Under the pieces are notes generated by a model, which saw nothing but the letters and a program-made list of their open reading frames with translations, did not search any database and was not told the DNA's origin. A stretch of 64,000 nt of DNA, taken from NCBI GenBank assembly GCA_043228905.1, contig JBHGNT010000007.1, positions 13,206,001 through 13,270,000 of the forward strand, read 5' to 3'. Positions 1 to 12,652 of this stretch are shown here, piece by piece (within the stretch, counting starts at the first letter, position 1; every line of letters starts with the position of its first letter). Source of the DNA: Azolla caroliniana. Taxonomy: Eukaryota > Plantae > Polypodiophyta. The translations under genes were made by a program, and so were the position numbers.

Positions 1-152
1 GTTCTTGAACTAGGAGTCTGTGCATGCATTTAGTCCTTTTAATAGTCGCTATCTTCTCGTTTTTTTTTTTCGTAACGGTTATATACAACCTATTTTTACA
101 TAATGGTACAAGTGGGATCGTCTGTTTACGCCGCGGGTTCTCCGGCTCTGTC

Positions 153-2774
153 CTATTCGGTAGTGAATGGGTTAGGTGTTGTAGGGCCCAGGTAAGGTTT
201 AAGGTGAAACCCATTCACCTTTTGCCGTAATACTTCCCCGGCCAACGTGCCTTGTTCCGCTCCAATTATCCAGTATGGGCCGGTCCAGCGGAATCGTAAC
301 TTCCCTGGCATATGGCCCAAGCGGGTTTGGAAAACCAGCACCGCTCGACCGACGACGAACTCCTTTTCCCTTGCATTTCGATGCTGATCCACAAACGCTT
401 TACGTTGTCGCTGTTCCTGCTCCAACACAGCCATGCTGTGTACGCATTTTTCCTTGAGTTCGAGTAACTGGTGGAGCCGTACCTCCTCCAACTGGGCTTC
501 CGATAGTCGGTCCTGTACCTGAATCCGCAAACTGGGTACTTGGAATTCGACCAGCATCACAGCCTCTAGCCCAAACGCTAGTCGAAACGATGTTGACTGT
601 ATGCTTGTTTTGTAGCTGGTTCTGTACGCCCATAACGCACTTTGTAATTTGGTATCCCAGTCCGTTCTATTTTCATTGACGATTTTCTTCAAGATGGTTT
701 GCAACGTCTTGTTGGTGGATTCCGCTAACCCATTCGCCTGTGGATAATATGGCGTACTCTTCTTATGGACTACGGCGTACTCTTCTTATGTTAGTTCCCG
801 AACCACTGTATTGAGAAAGTGACTCCCTTGGTCACTGATGAGCTCAATCGGACAGCCGAACCGGCACCAGATGTGCTCGTAAAGGAATCTCGCTGTGACG
901 GCCACCGTATTTTCTCATAGTGCCTTGCTTCTACCCACTTGGTGCAATAATCCGTGGCTACCAATATGTATTTATTGCCCGTACGGGCTGCCGCCGGTGT
1001 GAAGTGGCCCACAAAATCCAATCCCCACTTTTGGAAGGGGTCTAGCGGTAATACGGGCTGGTGTGGCATCCTTGCGCCCTCCGTGGGCTGGCCCATCCGT
1101 TGACACAAATCACACTCTCTACAATACTCGGAGGCGTCCTTCTATGTTGTCAGCCACCATAAGCCTGCCTGCCATATTTTCCGAGCTGTAACATCGCCTG
1201 CGTAATGGCCTGGCTGCCTGCCGTGCCACAGTGCGCCTCTCGTAAAACTGCTTCTTTCTCATCTTGATGTACCCCACGTCGCCAATTCCGTCACTTTGTG
1301 ATATAAAAATCCTTCTACGAGGCAGAAGTTACAGCTTCGGACAACTAGTCGTTTCTTCTCGTACGTGCGTAATTGTGGTGGAGGCAGTCCCATAGTAAGA
1401 AAGTATATCATTTCCATAAGCCACCGGTCCGGAAAGGTCGATTCCGTTCTCTCTGCTAGTGTTGTTACCCGCAAGATGTCGGCGTCCGGAAAATCATCGT
1501 CATCTCTCTGTACTGTTTCTCCATTCTCGAGTCTGCTCAAAAAATCTACCACTGCGTGTTGCATCCTTGGTCGGTGCTGGATTACAAAATCGAATTCTTG
1601 AAGCAGTAGCATCCATCGCGCCAATTTCCCTGTCAGGGCTTGTTTCTCCACCAAATACAGCAGCGACGAATGATCCACGTGGAACGTGAATTTCCTCCCT
1701 AGTAAATAATGCCGGAATTTATTGATGCTATAGATCATCCCTAACGCCTCTCGCTCCGTTGTGGAATAGTTACGCTCTGATGTTGATAATTTTCGATTAG
1801 CATAGTACACTAGCCGATACCAGTTTGGTTCGGTGAGCTGCATTAGCGCACTTCCTATTGCTATGTCTGAGGCGTCGACGAACACGTGGAATGGCTTCGC
1901 CCAAACTGGTGGTTGTACGACGGGGGCCTGTGTGAGCATTATCTTAAGTACCTCATGGGCCTTGTCCTCCGTTGCGGTCCATTGGAAGGGAGTCCGACTC
2001 CGTACCCACATTTACTTCTTCTAGGGCAGAGGCGGTGACTCGTCGTGAAATTTCCATTTCCCTTTTGAATGCCGCCCGTGCTCTGCTGAGTTCCAATATG
2101 GACTCTAGGTTTGGTTCGTAAGCCTCGTCGTGGAGAATAGTGGTCGTGGCATATTCTGACGTGGTTGCGATGATGTCGATTTCGAACAGTGGAATGATCC
2201 AAGGGTGCTCATCTAGGTATGCCTCTAATTCTGCATCCTCCACCCCAGCTAGCATATTTATATCTTCTGCGTATAATGGTGTTATACCCTTGGGTTGTGG
2301 CGTGCTTCCTTCCGTAGGTACGCGAACCTTAGTGTGTCCGTGTCGGAAACTGATACACTTGTGTTGCCAACTCTGCTTGATATTTGCTGCCCGAAGCCAT
2401 GGTCTGCCCAGAAGCACTGGGTACGTCCCTGGGGTGTCCAAGGCGACGACGACCGCCGAGATGTCGAAGTGATGTCTGCCCACGATAATGCCTATCTTGC
2501 GAATTAACCCCAATGGTCATACTGAGCGGGTATCTTCCATTCAGAGCCAGAATGGGCAAGCCTCCCATTTTGAAATGCCTAACTGCTCGCAAGTTTTCGC
2601 GCTAATTACATTGACGCTTGAGCCGCCATTGATTATGCATCCAGGAATTTCCTGTCCGTGCAATATTAATGTAATAGCCGGGTTGTGGTGATCCACTACA
2701 GGCGGTCCGTCGCTAACGTCTGTAAGGTTTGTAGCGACGCTCACCCCGAGTATGCCCGTCACCCATTCTTCCAT
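153..2774 (-). pseudogene. pol: pol of element A (protease, RNase H, integrase; frameshifted; RT missing)
   Basis: ORF fragments 153-704, 791-1108, 1259-2011, 1953-2513, 2541-2774 are colinear with the pol of element C. Confidence 0.9.
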
Positions 2775-2788
2775 GGTGTGGTGGAAGC

Positions 2789-4549
2789 GTGGGACTAGCT
2801 ACAACAACTTCTCCATGGTTAACATTATTTTGCAGCCCACTAACGCCTGCCAAATGGGGTCCGGGACTGGTCCTTCGTCCTCCGCTCGCTCCCTCGTATT
2901 CGCGGACTCCTTTCGCATGCGCTCTGTATTGGTCGAGTTTGCTTTTTCCACCCATGCATGGGCTTGTCATCGTATCTCATCTTGTGCAGCCCAATCAGTT
3001 GTTTTTGTTTGCTGGCGTGTCGTGACTTGCTGCACTTCCGCCGTAATCGTATTGACGGCGGGTCCCTTGCCCTTGCGTGCTGGGCATTGCGTAGCATAAT
3101 GTCCGGGCTGTTGACAAATAAAACAATGTATGCTTGATTCTCCCTTCTCGGTTCCTTGTGGTGTGTGCCGATCCCCTGGTGCGACTTGCTCCTCACGGTC
3201 CGGCCTTGTTTGTCGGAATGCACGCGGTGGTTGCTGTTAGTCCCGTCGTGGTTCTTGGTGTCACTCATGTCCCGAGCTTTCGTCGTAATGCCGGTGATCT
3301 CGATATTGCCGTAGCTTCCCATGATAACCATTGAAGCCGCCACATTTATTTGTCGGTCGGTGATTCTCATAGCACCGGCCCCCTTCAGCATAACTCGGAT
3401 GTCCCCGATAATCCTCCTCCTCTGGTTCGTCTTCCTCGGAATCGTTGTGATTTCGGCTTCATGTGGGTTGCGATCCACATACCGTGGTCGGTCTTCTTGC
3501 CTCCTTTGTTCAATACGGCGTGGGGGACGCTATGTGTCCATGCTACAGACTGTGGGAGTGGCTCTGTTCAACATATTGTATTCGCATTGGTCGATTGTGT
3601 GAGCCTTCGAGTGGCAGATTGGGCAGTGGATTCGCATGTTGCACTCCACTGCGGAATGCCCCGAGTTCAAGCAAATCGTGCATTGGATGGCTTGACGAAA
3701 CTGGCATTCCTCCTCTTGGGGTAACGCTTGTCGTAAGGAGGACATAGAAAACCTTTCCTCCTCGTCCAACTCAAGCTGTAACGCTTGTTCAATGACCATA
3801 TCCGCCGTTTCCCCTTTCACGCTATTGTTATTGAGCGTTGCCCATATGGGTCGGCGTAATGCTGCTAGAAATGTCTCATGAGCCTCGTCCTCCACGGGGT
3901 TCCGTTCTAGTTTCTACCGTAAATTTTGGAAACGTAAGCTGAAGTGTGTGATCGTCTCGGTCGGCAGTTACTTAATCGTATAGAACTGTCCGAGGATTTC
4001 GTGTTGTGGAACCCTCCGATGGAAGAACCGCAAGAAAGCGGACTGTAGCTAATCGAAAGTGGTGATTGCTGGCAAATCCATTTGTGAATGCCAAAACGCC
4101 GCTCGCCCATCCAATGTTAACCCGAACTCCGTCATTTTCGACTGGTGCGCTACCGCCTCCAAAAGGCTCTGCACCATGTGGTTCTCATTCCAAACATTAA
4201 GGAACATGTGAATATGGGTTGCGGCCTCGGTTTCGCCGTTAAAACGGGGATAGGCAAAGGCCATGTTGGGGGATACGATGGATCAGGAAAGACCACAGGG
4301 TGGCTATGGTGAGCGTGCTCCCCGCGTATCGTCGAGGTATTTGGAAAGTGCAGAATCCTCTTTGTAATCACGGCAGGTAGTACTGTGCTCGCTGAGGCGA
4401 GGCTTTTGCCGTGCGCATTCCTTTGCCTGGTGTGTGACGGGCCTTGTGATTGGCCGGTCTTGTCGTGTTGGTTCTCTGGGGTGTCTGCGGCTAAACATCC
4501 ATTCGTCGTTGTTCGTCTGTGAGAAGACACAGATCACCAAGCGTGCCAA
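2789..4549 (-). pseudogene. gag: gag of element A
   Basis: WNENH..EFGLTLDG motif and the CTICLNSGH..CPICHSKAH zinc-knuckle pair, homologous to the gag of C and F. Confidence 0.85.
4541..4548 (-). promoter_or_regulatory. Primer binding site of A (TGGCACGC, tRNA-Arg(UCU)-like)
   Basis: Lies 4 nt (CTTT) inside the LTR end on the minus strand; matches the recalled plant Arg-UCU 3' end for 8 nt. Confidence 0.65.
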
Positions 4550-4552
4550 AAG

Positions 4553-4920
4553 TGTTACCGACTAGGAACACGGTCTGCGGTTAGTCCTTCGACCTAGACC
4601 TCCAAGTGATTGTGAAACAACGAATGGTGGCGTCTATGCGTAATGCGTAGGGGAATGTTCCCCGTAACCTATCAGTGTATAAGGTAGACGGCTACAACTG
4701 ATTCCTTATCAGTGGTTACACTCACATTCTTACACGCTCAGGTATTCTAGACACACAATAGATTAGCCGTAGCTATACACAAACTTTTAGAGAAGATAGA
4801 ATTCTATTACGATACGCTTCTTCACATTCCAAAATACACACTCCCTCTAACATAGGTTTTTTGCCCTTTATATACGCAGGGTCTATTTAGCCGTTCACGC
4901 TTCCTGCGTGAACCGTTACA
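4553..4920 (-). repeat. 5' LTR of element A
   Basis: TGTTAC...GTTACA termini, adjacent PBS, TATA-like motif on the minus strand near 4866-4873. Confidence 0.85.
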
Positions 4921-4990
4921 TGTGTTATGATCTTATATTATTTCTTATTCCTACGCTCTTGTCCGTCGGTTACTATTCCGGCGGACAACA
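4921..4990 (-). repeat. Terminal 70 bp of an unidentified LTR inserted in the integrase of B and interrupted by A
   Basis: On the minus strand B integrase breaks after YLVLAREDL and is followed by TGTTGTCCGCC..., AT-rich and non-coding, up to the LTR of A. Confidence 0.5.
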
Positions 4991-7337
4991 CAAATCCTCT
5001 CGTGCCAGCACCAAGTATCACATCTGCCGTACTCCCATCGGCATCATCACCAGATCCACCATCCACTTGATGTGGATGGTTGGCGGGTAAGTCGGGTGCA
5101 ACTCGTCCCGATGTCGGACTAGGGAATGCATCTGACAACTGTCGCAAGTCGTTACGAACCGATGCACGTCCCAGTATAGTTCCGACCACAAGTACTTCTC
5201 CTTCAGCTTTTTGAACGTGGCCCATGTCCCCAAGGGCTCTCGTGGTATGCTGTTAACAACGCTTCCTGATCCTTCCTCGCCACCACTTGGAGCGGGACGC
5301 CATCTCGCTTCTTCAGGTGCTTCCATATGCTCCCGTCCTGTAGAAAGAATCAGTACGCTTTCTTGTGGATCCGGTTAGCCTCTTCCCTTGTCCACGCCGC
5401 TCCCGACGTCATCGTCTTCAGGAACCCACCGATATGGAGCCACTCCCCGTCGTACTTGGTCTCGTCGAACTCGTTAAGCATCAGAGTGCTCCCAGCCCTC
5501 ACCGCTATGCGAGCCGACTCAAAGAAGTCCTCACCAACTTCTTCATTCTCCAAAACCTTCGTCGTCAAACCGTGCTCTTGAAAGCATATCGTCCATGGTG
5601 TTGTCTTTACCGGAGATGTGTCGTATCTCCAGATTTTGAGACTTGATGTACGCGATCCACCTGAGCATTGCCAGGTCCGGAGTTGTGCATCTGGAAACCA
5701 TACCAAGAATCGGTAGGCAGTCCGTCTCGATTATTACTTCCATCCCGATTAGATAGTCCTTGTTGGCCTTGACTGCCGAAACGATACCCCACAGTTCACG
5801 CTTGACTTGGGGATATCTGTGCTGTTGCTCGCTCAATACCTTCACCCCAAACCGGATCGGGAACCTTGTGTCGGCTTCGTCCTCCTGGTTGACCACCCAT
5901 ATCCTATCCTTGTCGGGCTCGTGTCTATCGTAACGTAAATTCGGACGTTCTTGCCGTAAACCGCTTTTTGGAGTGCTGGTGTCGCGGCAAGCGCTTCTTT
6001 CATTTTCCTGACCAACTCTGCATGCTCCCTGCTCCACTCAAACTTGCGCCCTTTCTTCAACAACCCATAGAGCGGCTCCGCGATATGGGCGTAATGCGGG
6101 ATCCAAATGTGGTAGAATGCGCAAGCTCCCAAGAACCTCCGAACTTCTGTAACCGACTTGCAGTCTTCCTTCATTGCGGAGATGGCTTCTACCTTGGCCG
6201 GGGACGGTTTCCGGCCATAAGGCCCGCACAGGTGTTCGATGACCATGATTTCTGATTGTCCGAAAGCTGACTTCTCCCTAGAGAAGGTGAGCCGCGCCCT
6301 TTCGAGCTTCTGTAGCACCTTCTTGCAATCTCCGATGTGGTCCGAGATGAATCTCCGACACCCGTCTGGTCCAACCATTTCGTCCTTATCCCCCACCAGA
6401 CATCCCTTGATCGGAATGTCATCCAAAAACGGCATGGTGATGTTCGGGATGCAGTCCCTTAGCACCTTATTCATTGCGTTCACCATGTGCGCTACCGAGT
6501 TTGTCCCTCCTTGCGGAAGAGTACACATCCGCACTAGGCCGAGAGGAGTTCGCATCGTCGTAATATCCCTGCTCTCTATGGCTAGTTGGAATTGGTCGTA
6601 CCCCGAGTACAGATCTCCGACTGAGTAAATTGACGTTCCGGCGAAGGCCTCCGCGAACTCGTCAATGGTCGGCCCAATCCCTACGTTCCGAATGGTCACC
6701 TTGTTGACCGGCTACAGGTCCTGAATAAAGCACAACGTGTCGTTCTTCTTAGGCATGATGAACCACCGATTCGAGTATGTGGCACTCGATAGTTCGAGGA
6801 TGCCCATCTCCACCTTCTGCTTCAGCAGCTTCATTAGCTTCGGGATGTGAGCTCTGGGTACTGGAATTTGTTTGAGATTCTACGGCACATGCGGTACCGT
6901 AAAAATAACCATCAACTCAACGACCGTCGGGTCCACACACCCGATTTCTTCCGGTGAGTGTCATGACAACATATATTTTGGCCTTACAAGGATTCGAGCC
7001 CAAGATGTCTTAGTCTATATATTAGAACTTTAACCATTATGCTAACATATATGATATATAGTTATGATAAATGTATTATTAGTTATTACAAGATATTTAG
7101 AGTATTCTAGAACATTCTAGAGTATTCCAGAACATTCTACGATATTCCATTATTATATTAAATATCATAGATATCTAAAATATTCTAGAACATTCTAGAA
7201 TACTCCATAAGGACCTATAAGTAGGTGTCTATTCATTCATCACAACTCATTCGGTTCAACACCAGTTTGTAGCCCCTTAGCCTACTCTTTGTAATCCTTG
7301 TTCTCTTATAATATAAACTCTCTTTCCATTTCTAGTG

Positions 7338-7375
<38 letters not shown>

Positions 7376-8752
7376 TCTATTGTCGTCTTATTTTTCTCCC
7401 TCCTATTCTCAAGTCACGACAGCGAGAATGTGAATGCCTTCCCGAGCATTCTCCGAAACCGTTCTTCCTCCGCCGACAGTAGAAAGCCACCCCTACCAAC
7501 CTTGAGCTCTTGTAGCGTTGTGTTGGTGAACCAATGTCCTATGCCGGCCAGATCCCGTAGACTTGGGTTCGACACGACCCCTTTCACCCGTAACCCGCTG
7601 CCCTTCGGCAAGGGTGCCGCCACAGTCTTGTACCTCGTGTCCACGCAAGCCATCCGGTCCGACCTGTCCCTTTCCCCGAAGTCGGAAATGACTTTGTACA
7701 TTCCCACTAAGCCAACCGAAATCATCCGGTCTTCACTGAGGCCTTCTTCGATCACCTTCCCAATTTCCCTGAGGGTGTCGTCGAAAGAGACCGCCTTCAC
7801 GGTGCCACTAATTTCCTCATCGGGGGCGAGGACTCCGCGCTTCTTGAGTCGTTCCTTGGCCCGTTTCTTCTCCCGGCCAATGATGTCGGCTATCGTACAA
7901 CCTCCGCTATCGGAGAACCAAAACTTCCTACCTATGGTACATGTGTGGGGATCCTCCGGGGTGCCCGGACTACCATGGCCCCACGCCTCGATAGCCCTCT
8001 GAAAAAATCCCGTCGGCTTTCGCCGCCGAGGGTCTAGAAGTTGTGCTCATGGTTCGGTCGCACAGTCATAAAATTGGACGAAGTGTCGTCAATTTTGGCT
8101 CTTCACGCGTGCGTACGCCGAACCATTATCCAACACTTTCGTCTCCATACGCCCTGCCGTAATGTACAGTTCTCCAAGTATCACCGGATGCGAGGATGTC
8201 TCTTGCACAAAGAAGTGCTAGTCGATCTCGACATCACCGATTTTCACCCACACATTCGGGCAGGCCCCATGTAGCTCCTCCATGGCGTGCGTCGCCGCTC
8301 ATATTTTCCACCCGTGCTTGGTGTTGTTTAGCGACTTGCCTTTCTTGTAGAAGTTCATAGACATCAGGTTTGATCTCCGAACCGTGGTCTACTAATGCCA
8401 CCACCAACTCCTGGACATCCCCGATCCTAACCGGGGGCTCCGTAGTGGCTCTTGCCCAGTGCAACTTTGAATAGTGACTTTCCGCCAACTCATTTTCCAG
8501 GGCCATGTCTTCTAGGTGCGTCGTTCGCACCTCCACTGGCCTCTCCGGCTCCGTCTCCGTCGAAAGCCTTTTTCGCTTTACCAAGTCCATGATGGAGTCA
8601 TGGAATTCTTTCTTGGTGATCCCAAGCACTTCCCGCAGCGACAACTCCACCTTGCTGTCGAGGATTCGTTCCTCAAGGACCTTCCGTAGGTCCGTCGTTC
8701 TTTCTATCTCGGTGGTCAATCGGTAACCGGTTTTCTTTGCTTTATCCGGCAT
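4991..8752 (-). pseudogene. pol: pol of element B
   Basis: ORF fragments 5018-5326, 5350-5706, 5543-6037, 5842-6699, 7414-7800, 8234-8752. Confidence 0.88.
6959..7421 (+). mobile_element. Solo LTR (resembles the chromovirus LTR at 31898-32333)
   Basis: TGTCATGA...TCACGACA termini, 5-bp TSD GTGAG/GCGAG, TATA (CTATAAG), CT microsatellite, GAACATTCTAGA and GGTTCAAC motifs shared with the H LTR; B frame resumes across it. Confidence 0.9.
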
Positions 8753-8779
8753 GCCAGCAGCGCCGACATCATTCTGCTT

Positions 8780-10103
8780 CTACCCGAATCGGGTCTCGTA
8801 CCGTTGTGAGGGTCCGGGCCCTTCGGCTTTTCCCGCACGCTTTCCTTCAACTAGAACTTCATAGTTCTGGCACACGGCTTCCACAAAGCTGATCTTTTCT
8901 TCGACCGGATCACTCCACCCGGTGACCTCCCGGACCCGTCTTTCTGCACGGTTCGCTTCCTCCCTTCTCAACCGCACACCAGTGAGGCCTTCTAGCACCA
9001 CCGGCCAGAACCCAGAGTCTTTCGTCTTCCGGCCTTTGTCACTCCCGACCCGGATTCCTGCCGACGCCGAGTAGTGGATGGTCTCCGTGTGGCGTGCCAC
9101 CGCTTCTTCCATTAGTCTCTTCATTCCTCCCCGACCGATATTCAGCTCTAGGGCTCTCCGGTTCTCGCTATCGTGCATGCTCCCAATCCATAGGTACACC
9201 ACATTAGCCCTTATTGCTTCTGCAAAGTCCAGGCAGTCCTTCCGGACGTGACCGACCACATCACACCACAAGCATCGATGCCCACTAGGAGGCCTTCGGT
9301 CGCGAGGTTTCTTGCCACCGTCCCTCCTTGCTTGTGCGATTTGGAGGTCTCGGACCATCTGCGTTAGTTCTTCCAGAGCCGCTCCGCCGGACGGGCCCTT
9401 GACCACGTCGGACGAACCTGTCTCAAGCCAGTCTCAGGTTTCCTCCTTACGCGTCGGCGGGGGTCCCTTGAGGTTTCTTTCTGCAACCACTCCAGCCCCC
9501 GACGAGCCCTTGTCGACCCACTTGCACCATTTGTCAAAACGGTCGCAGACCCCTTTTACCACGGCCCAGTTGGCCGTCAGCCCATCGTCTGTCTCCAGCA
9601 GGAGACCCACTTGCTCCCGATCCCGCACGTCCACAGCTTTGACGAATAAAAGGACATGGCTTGTGTCCAGTACGGTCCTATCTAGTGCCAAAAGACGTGC
9701 GAAGCATTCCTCGAACTCCCAGAGGAGCGTCGATGCATTCCTCCCCTTTCCTGGGGTCTCTACCCAATCCATAAAGTCCCGCTTGCACCGTTTGTCAAAA
9801 TGGTCGCAGACCCCTTTTACCATGGCCCAATTGGCCGTCAGCCCATCGTCTGTTTCCAGCAGGAGACCCACTTGCTCCCGATCCCGCACATCCACAGCTT
9901 TGACGAATAAAAGGACACGGCTTGTGTCCAGTACAGTCCTGTCTAGTGCCGAAAGACGTGCGAAGCGTTCCTCGAACTCCCAAAGGAGCGCCGATGCATT
10001 CCTCCCTTTTCCTAGGGTCTCTACCCAATCCATAAAGTCCCGCTTCGATAACCAAACCGTGTCATCAAACCTGTAACGCTCGAGGAGCCACACTACGAAT
10101 TCC
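8780..10103 (-). pseudogene. gag: gag of element B (C-terminal part; N-terminus at 20053-20306)
   Basis: CLWCDVVGHVRKDC zinc knuckle; RFDGKDATSYL N-terminal motif lies on the other side of C. Confidence 0.82.
9522..10043. repeat. 261-bp in-frame tandem duplication in gag of B
   Basis: 87-aa unit KRDFMDWVET...FDKRC occurs twice; TTTGTCAAAA at 9530 and 9791. Confidence 0.9.
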
Positions 10104-10550
10104 TGTTACCCGGTCGGCAAAGGAGCAAAGGCCAGAATGTGAAAGGGAGGGTTATTTGGAATATATTTAATTAAGTAGATTAGATTATAATTATGTAGTA
10201 AACGGACAGATCGGAATCAGTATGCCGATTTGGATCCGGACCGATTCCGAACAGGTGCCGATTGGCACCATTTTGTACGCAACACCGGTGACCTATATAA
10301 AGGCCCGGTTACAATGTATAACTTTAACGGAGAATTAATATAAGCTTCTTGTTTTATCTTCACGTATTGATTACCGTTCTGAATTAATTGTTATATCTTA
10401 CGCGTGTATTAAGTGTATGCCTTATTGTTAAGTAGCTAATTAAGTCGAAGTAATCGTTGTGTCTTAAGTTATCTCGCCGTAACACCCTTTGGTGAAGTGT
10501 CTTCCGGAGACACCCTGTGTTAGGCCATTGTCCGGCCCTAAGGATTAACA
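10104..10550 (+). repeat. 5' LTR of C
   Basis: TGTTACCC...TTAACA; CCTATATAAAGG TATA box; direct repeat of 19601-20047. Confidence 0.97.
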
Positions 10551-10557
10551 CAGTTTT

Positions 10558-10567
10558 TGGCGACCAC
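10558..10567 (+). promoter_or_regulatory. Minus-strand primer binding site of C (TGGCGACCAC, tRNA-Arg(UCG)-like)
   Basis: Follows the LTR after a CAGTTTT spacer; the same motif occurs in F at 38652-38661. Confidence 0.75.
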
Positions 10568-10605
10568 CATTCCTGCACAATCGCAGCGAACAGTAGCGGG
10601 AATGG

Positions 10606-12540
10606 ATGACGCGACCAACGAACGACCTGGTTACGAAACAAGCAAGGCGACTTGCTGAACGACTGAGGAAGCGAGAGGCTTTCCAACAAGCGGTAGAAGA
10701 AATCAGAGCGGACCACTCATTTTCGAAAGTGATCCGGAGAGTGGCCAATGAGTCACTTCGGTTACCAAAAAACGCCTACCCGGACGAAGGAAGCTGCCTA
10801 AGTAGCCTCCAGGAAGCAGAATCCCTTCTCCAAGCATTGGCAGTGGGGGAAGGTGAATCCGAAGCATTTTCGGCATTTGAATCAGGTTCGGACGGGGAAT
10901 ACAGCACGCAGATGAACTACCACAGCAGTAATGACACCCCAGGCGGACCAGAGGACGAGGAGTCGGATACTTTGCCGACACCAAAACCCGAATCGACAAG
11001 GCTGGAAACTCCAGTACCAGAAGTCGACGACGAGAGACCTCCGACACCGGAAGTCGAGGAGGAGAAACCTCTGACACTACAAGAGGAGCAAGAAAGACCT
11101 CTAACGGCGACAGAAGACCGGGGAAAACCTCTGATACCACCAGAGGAGGAATGACCACCGACACCACCAGCCCGTGTACCGACACCGGACGACGATATGC
11201 CGTTCCAATATCCCAAATACCAGGATGATCCAGACGCGGAAGCCCACGTCCATGCGTTTCAGCAGACCTGGGAAGCGAACCATGTGTCCCAACGCTTAAA
11301 TGCAGCCGAAGAGGAACGCTCAAAACGGGCAGAGTTTGGCATGACCTTGGAGGGACCGGCCGCTAGATGGCACCAAACATAGGATCCCAGCACCATCCCC
11401 ACGTTTGAAATATTAAAGACAAAATTCTTGCATTTCTTCCACAAGGAGATGGACCAGCGGGAAATGGTCGGGTTATTTTACAATATCCGGCAGGAACCAA
11501 CGGAGAACATCCAACAGTTTGTCATCCGGTTCAAGCGGATACACAGTCAGTTCAGCCAGACACCATCGGAGGCAGAAACAAAGTCCATATTCTTAGTAGC
11601 ACTCTGGGAACCCTTATGGACGGTGTGCATCGTCATCGATTTCTACACCAGCAGCATAGATCAAGTGATTGACCGAGTTCGGGAAATGGAAAACTCGAGT
11701 TCATGGCTAACCATGGGCGCACTTCAGCGTACGCTACCGACAGAGGAGGACCTCCGTTTTCGACAAGCAGTTCAATGTACGATATGCCTGAATGCCAAAC
11801 ATTCGGCGCTGGAATGCACCATGCATTCCCAATGCTTGCTCTGCCACTCCAGAAGTCACATAATGGAACGGTGTGAGTATAACTTGTTAAATCGACAAGC
11901 AGCACGGGTCCGACATATTGAACCACGGAGCAACCGAGAGGAAGAAGAAGAACGTTGGCGGCGAGAGGAGCACTACCGGCCGCCACAAGATGTCCGGTAT
12001 AGTGACCGAAGAGACGCGTATGATCGGTATGATAGACAGGATAGATACCGGGACTATAATGGACAGTATGAAAGATATAACCGGGATCATTCCCCTGGTT
12101 ACAAGCACCGACGGGACGACTATGGCAAGGATGACGACCAACCCCGGCAAGGATACTACAACAAAAAGAATTTCAATAAGAAACGTCATTTCAACAAAAA
12201 GGGGGGTCATCCACGAGAACCGGAAAAGGGCGCTCCGAGCAACCAACCAGACCAAAACCAAGCACTTGCCCCCGGTCCGCCACCAAGCACACACGCCGAA
12301 TCCAGCAACGCCCGGAAGCCGTACTACTATTATTGCCGGCAAGAGGGCCACTATAGTAATCAATGTTCAGCGAAGAGCTACGACAAACGACCGGCGGTGA
12401 ACATGGTAGACGCGGAAGTCGCGGACATACAACAGGTCACTCCAAGATCAAAAGGCAAAGCCACGAAGTGGGAAACTCAAGAAGCCATCCGGAAGCAAGC
12501 AACCGAATGGGTGAGAAGGGAAATGAATGGAATGCGGCTA
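10606..12540 (+). pseudogene. gag: gag of C (single frame with two premature stops)
   Basis: ORFs 10606, 11197 and 11428 share a frame, broken by TGA (11152) and TAG (11380); zinc knuckles CTICLNAKH, CLLCHSRSH, YCRQEGHYSNQC. Confidence 0.88.
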
Positions 12541-12652
12541 AGCTCGAACAACAAAAGGAGAATGTCGAAGAGCTCCCCAGCCCGGGCAACCCGAAAACCC
12601 AACATGGCAGGCATTACAAGAATGCCAAATCACGCTGCCATTAGGCCGGCTA

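Larger units (their letters stand above)
1..4920 (-). mobile_element. Ty3/gypsy non-chromovirus LTR retrotransposon A (Phygy/Athila-Tat-like), 3' end outside window, RT deleted
   Basis: Minus-strand order gag (3530-4264), protease (IINGGSSVN, 2541-2774), RNase H (VFVDASD..TEREALG, 1259-2011), integrase ([16 protein letters not shown], 153-1108); LTR at 4553-4920. Confidence 0.92.

Noticed and set aside
6986-7046. Functional tRNA genes here and at 31909, 57939, 62791 and ~50570
   Set aside because: A and B boxes are present but acceptor and anticodon stems cannot be folded convincingly; reported as tRNA-like only.
7298-10076. Long + strand ORFs (234 aa, 254 aa) and similar antisense ORFs elsewhere
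   Set aside because: Shadow frames opposite GC-rich gag/pol sequence, with no independent motifs.
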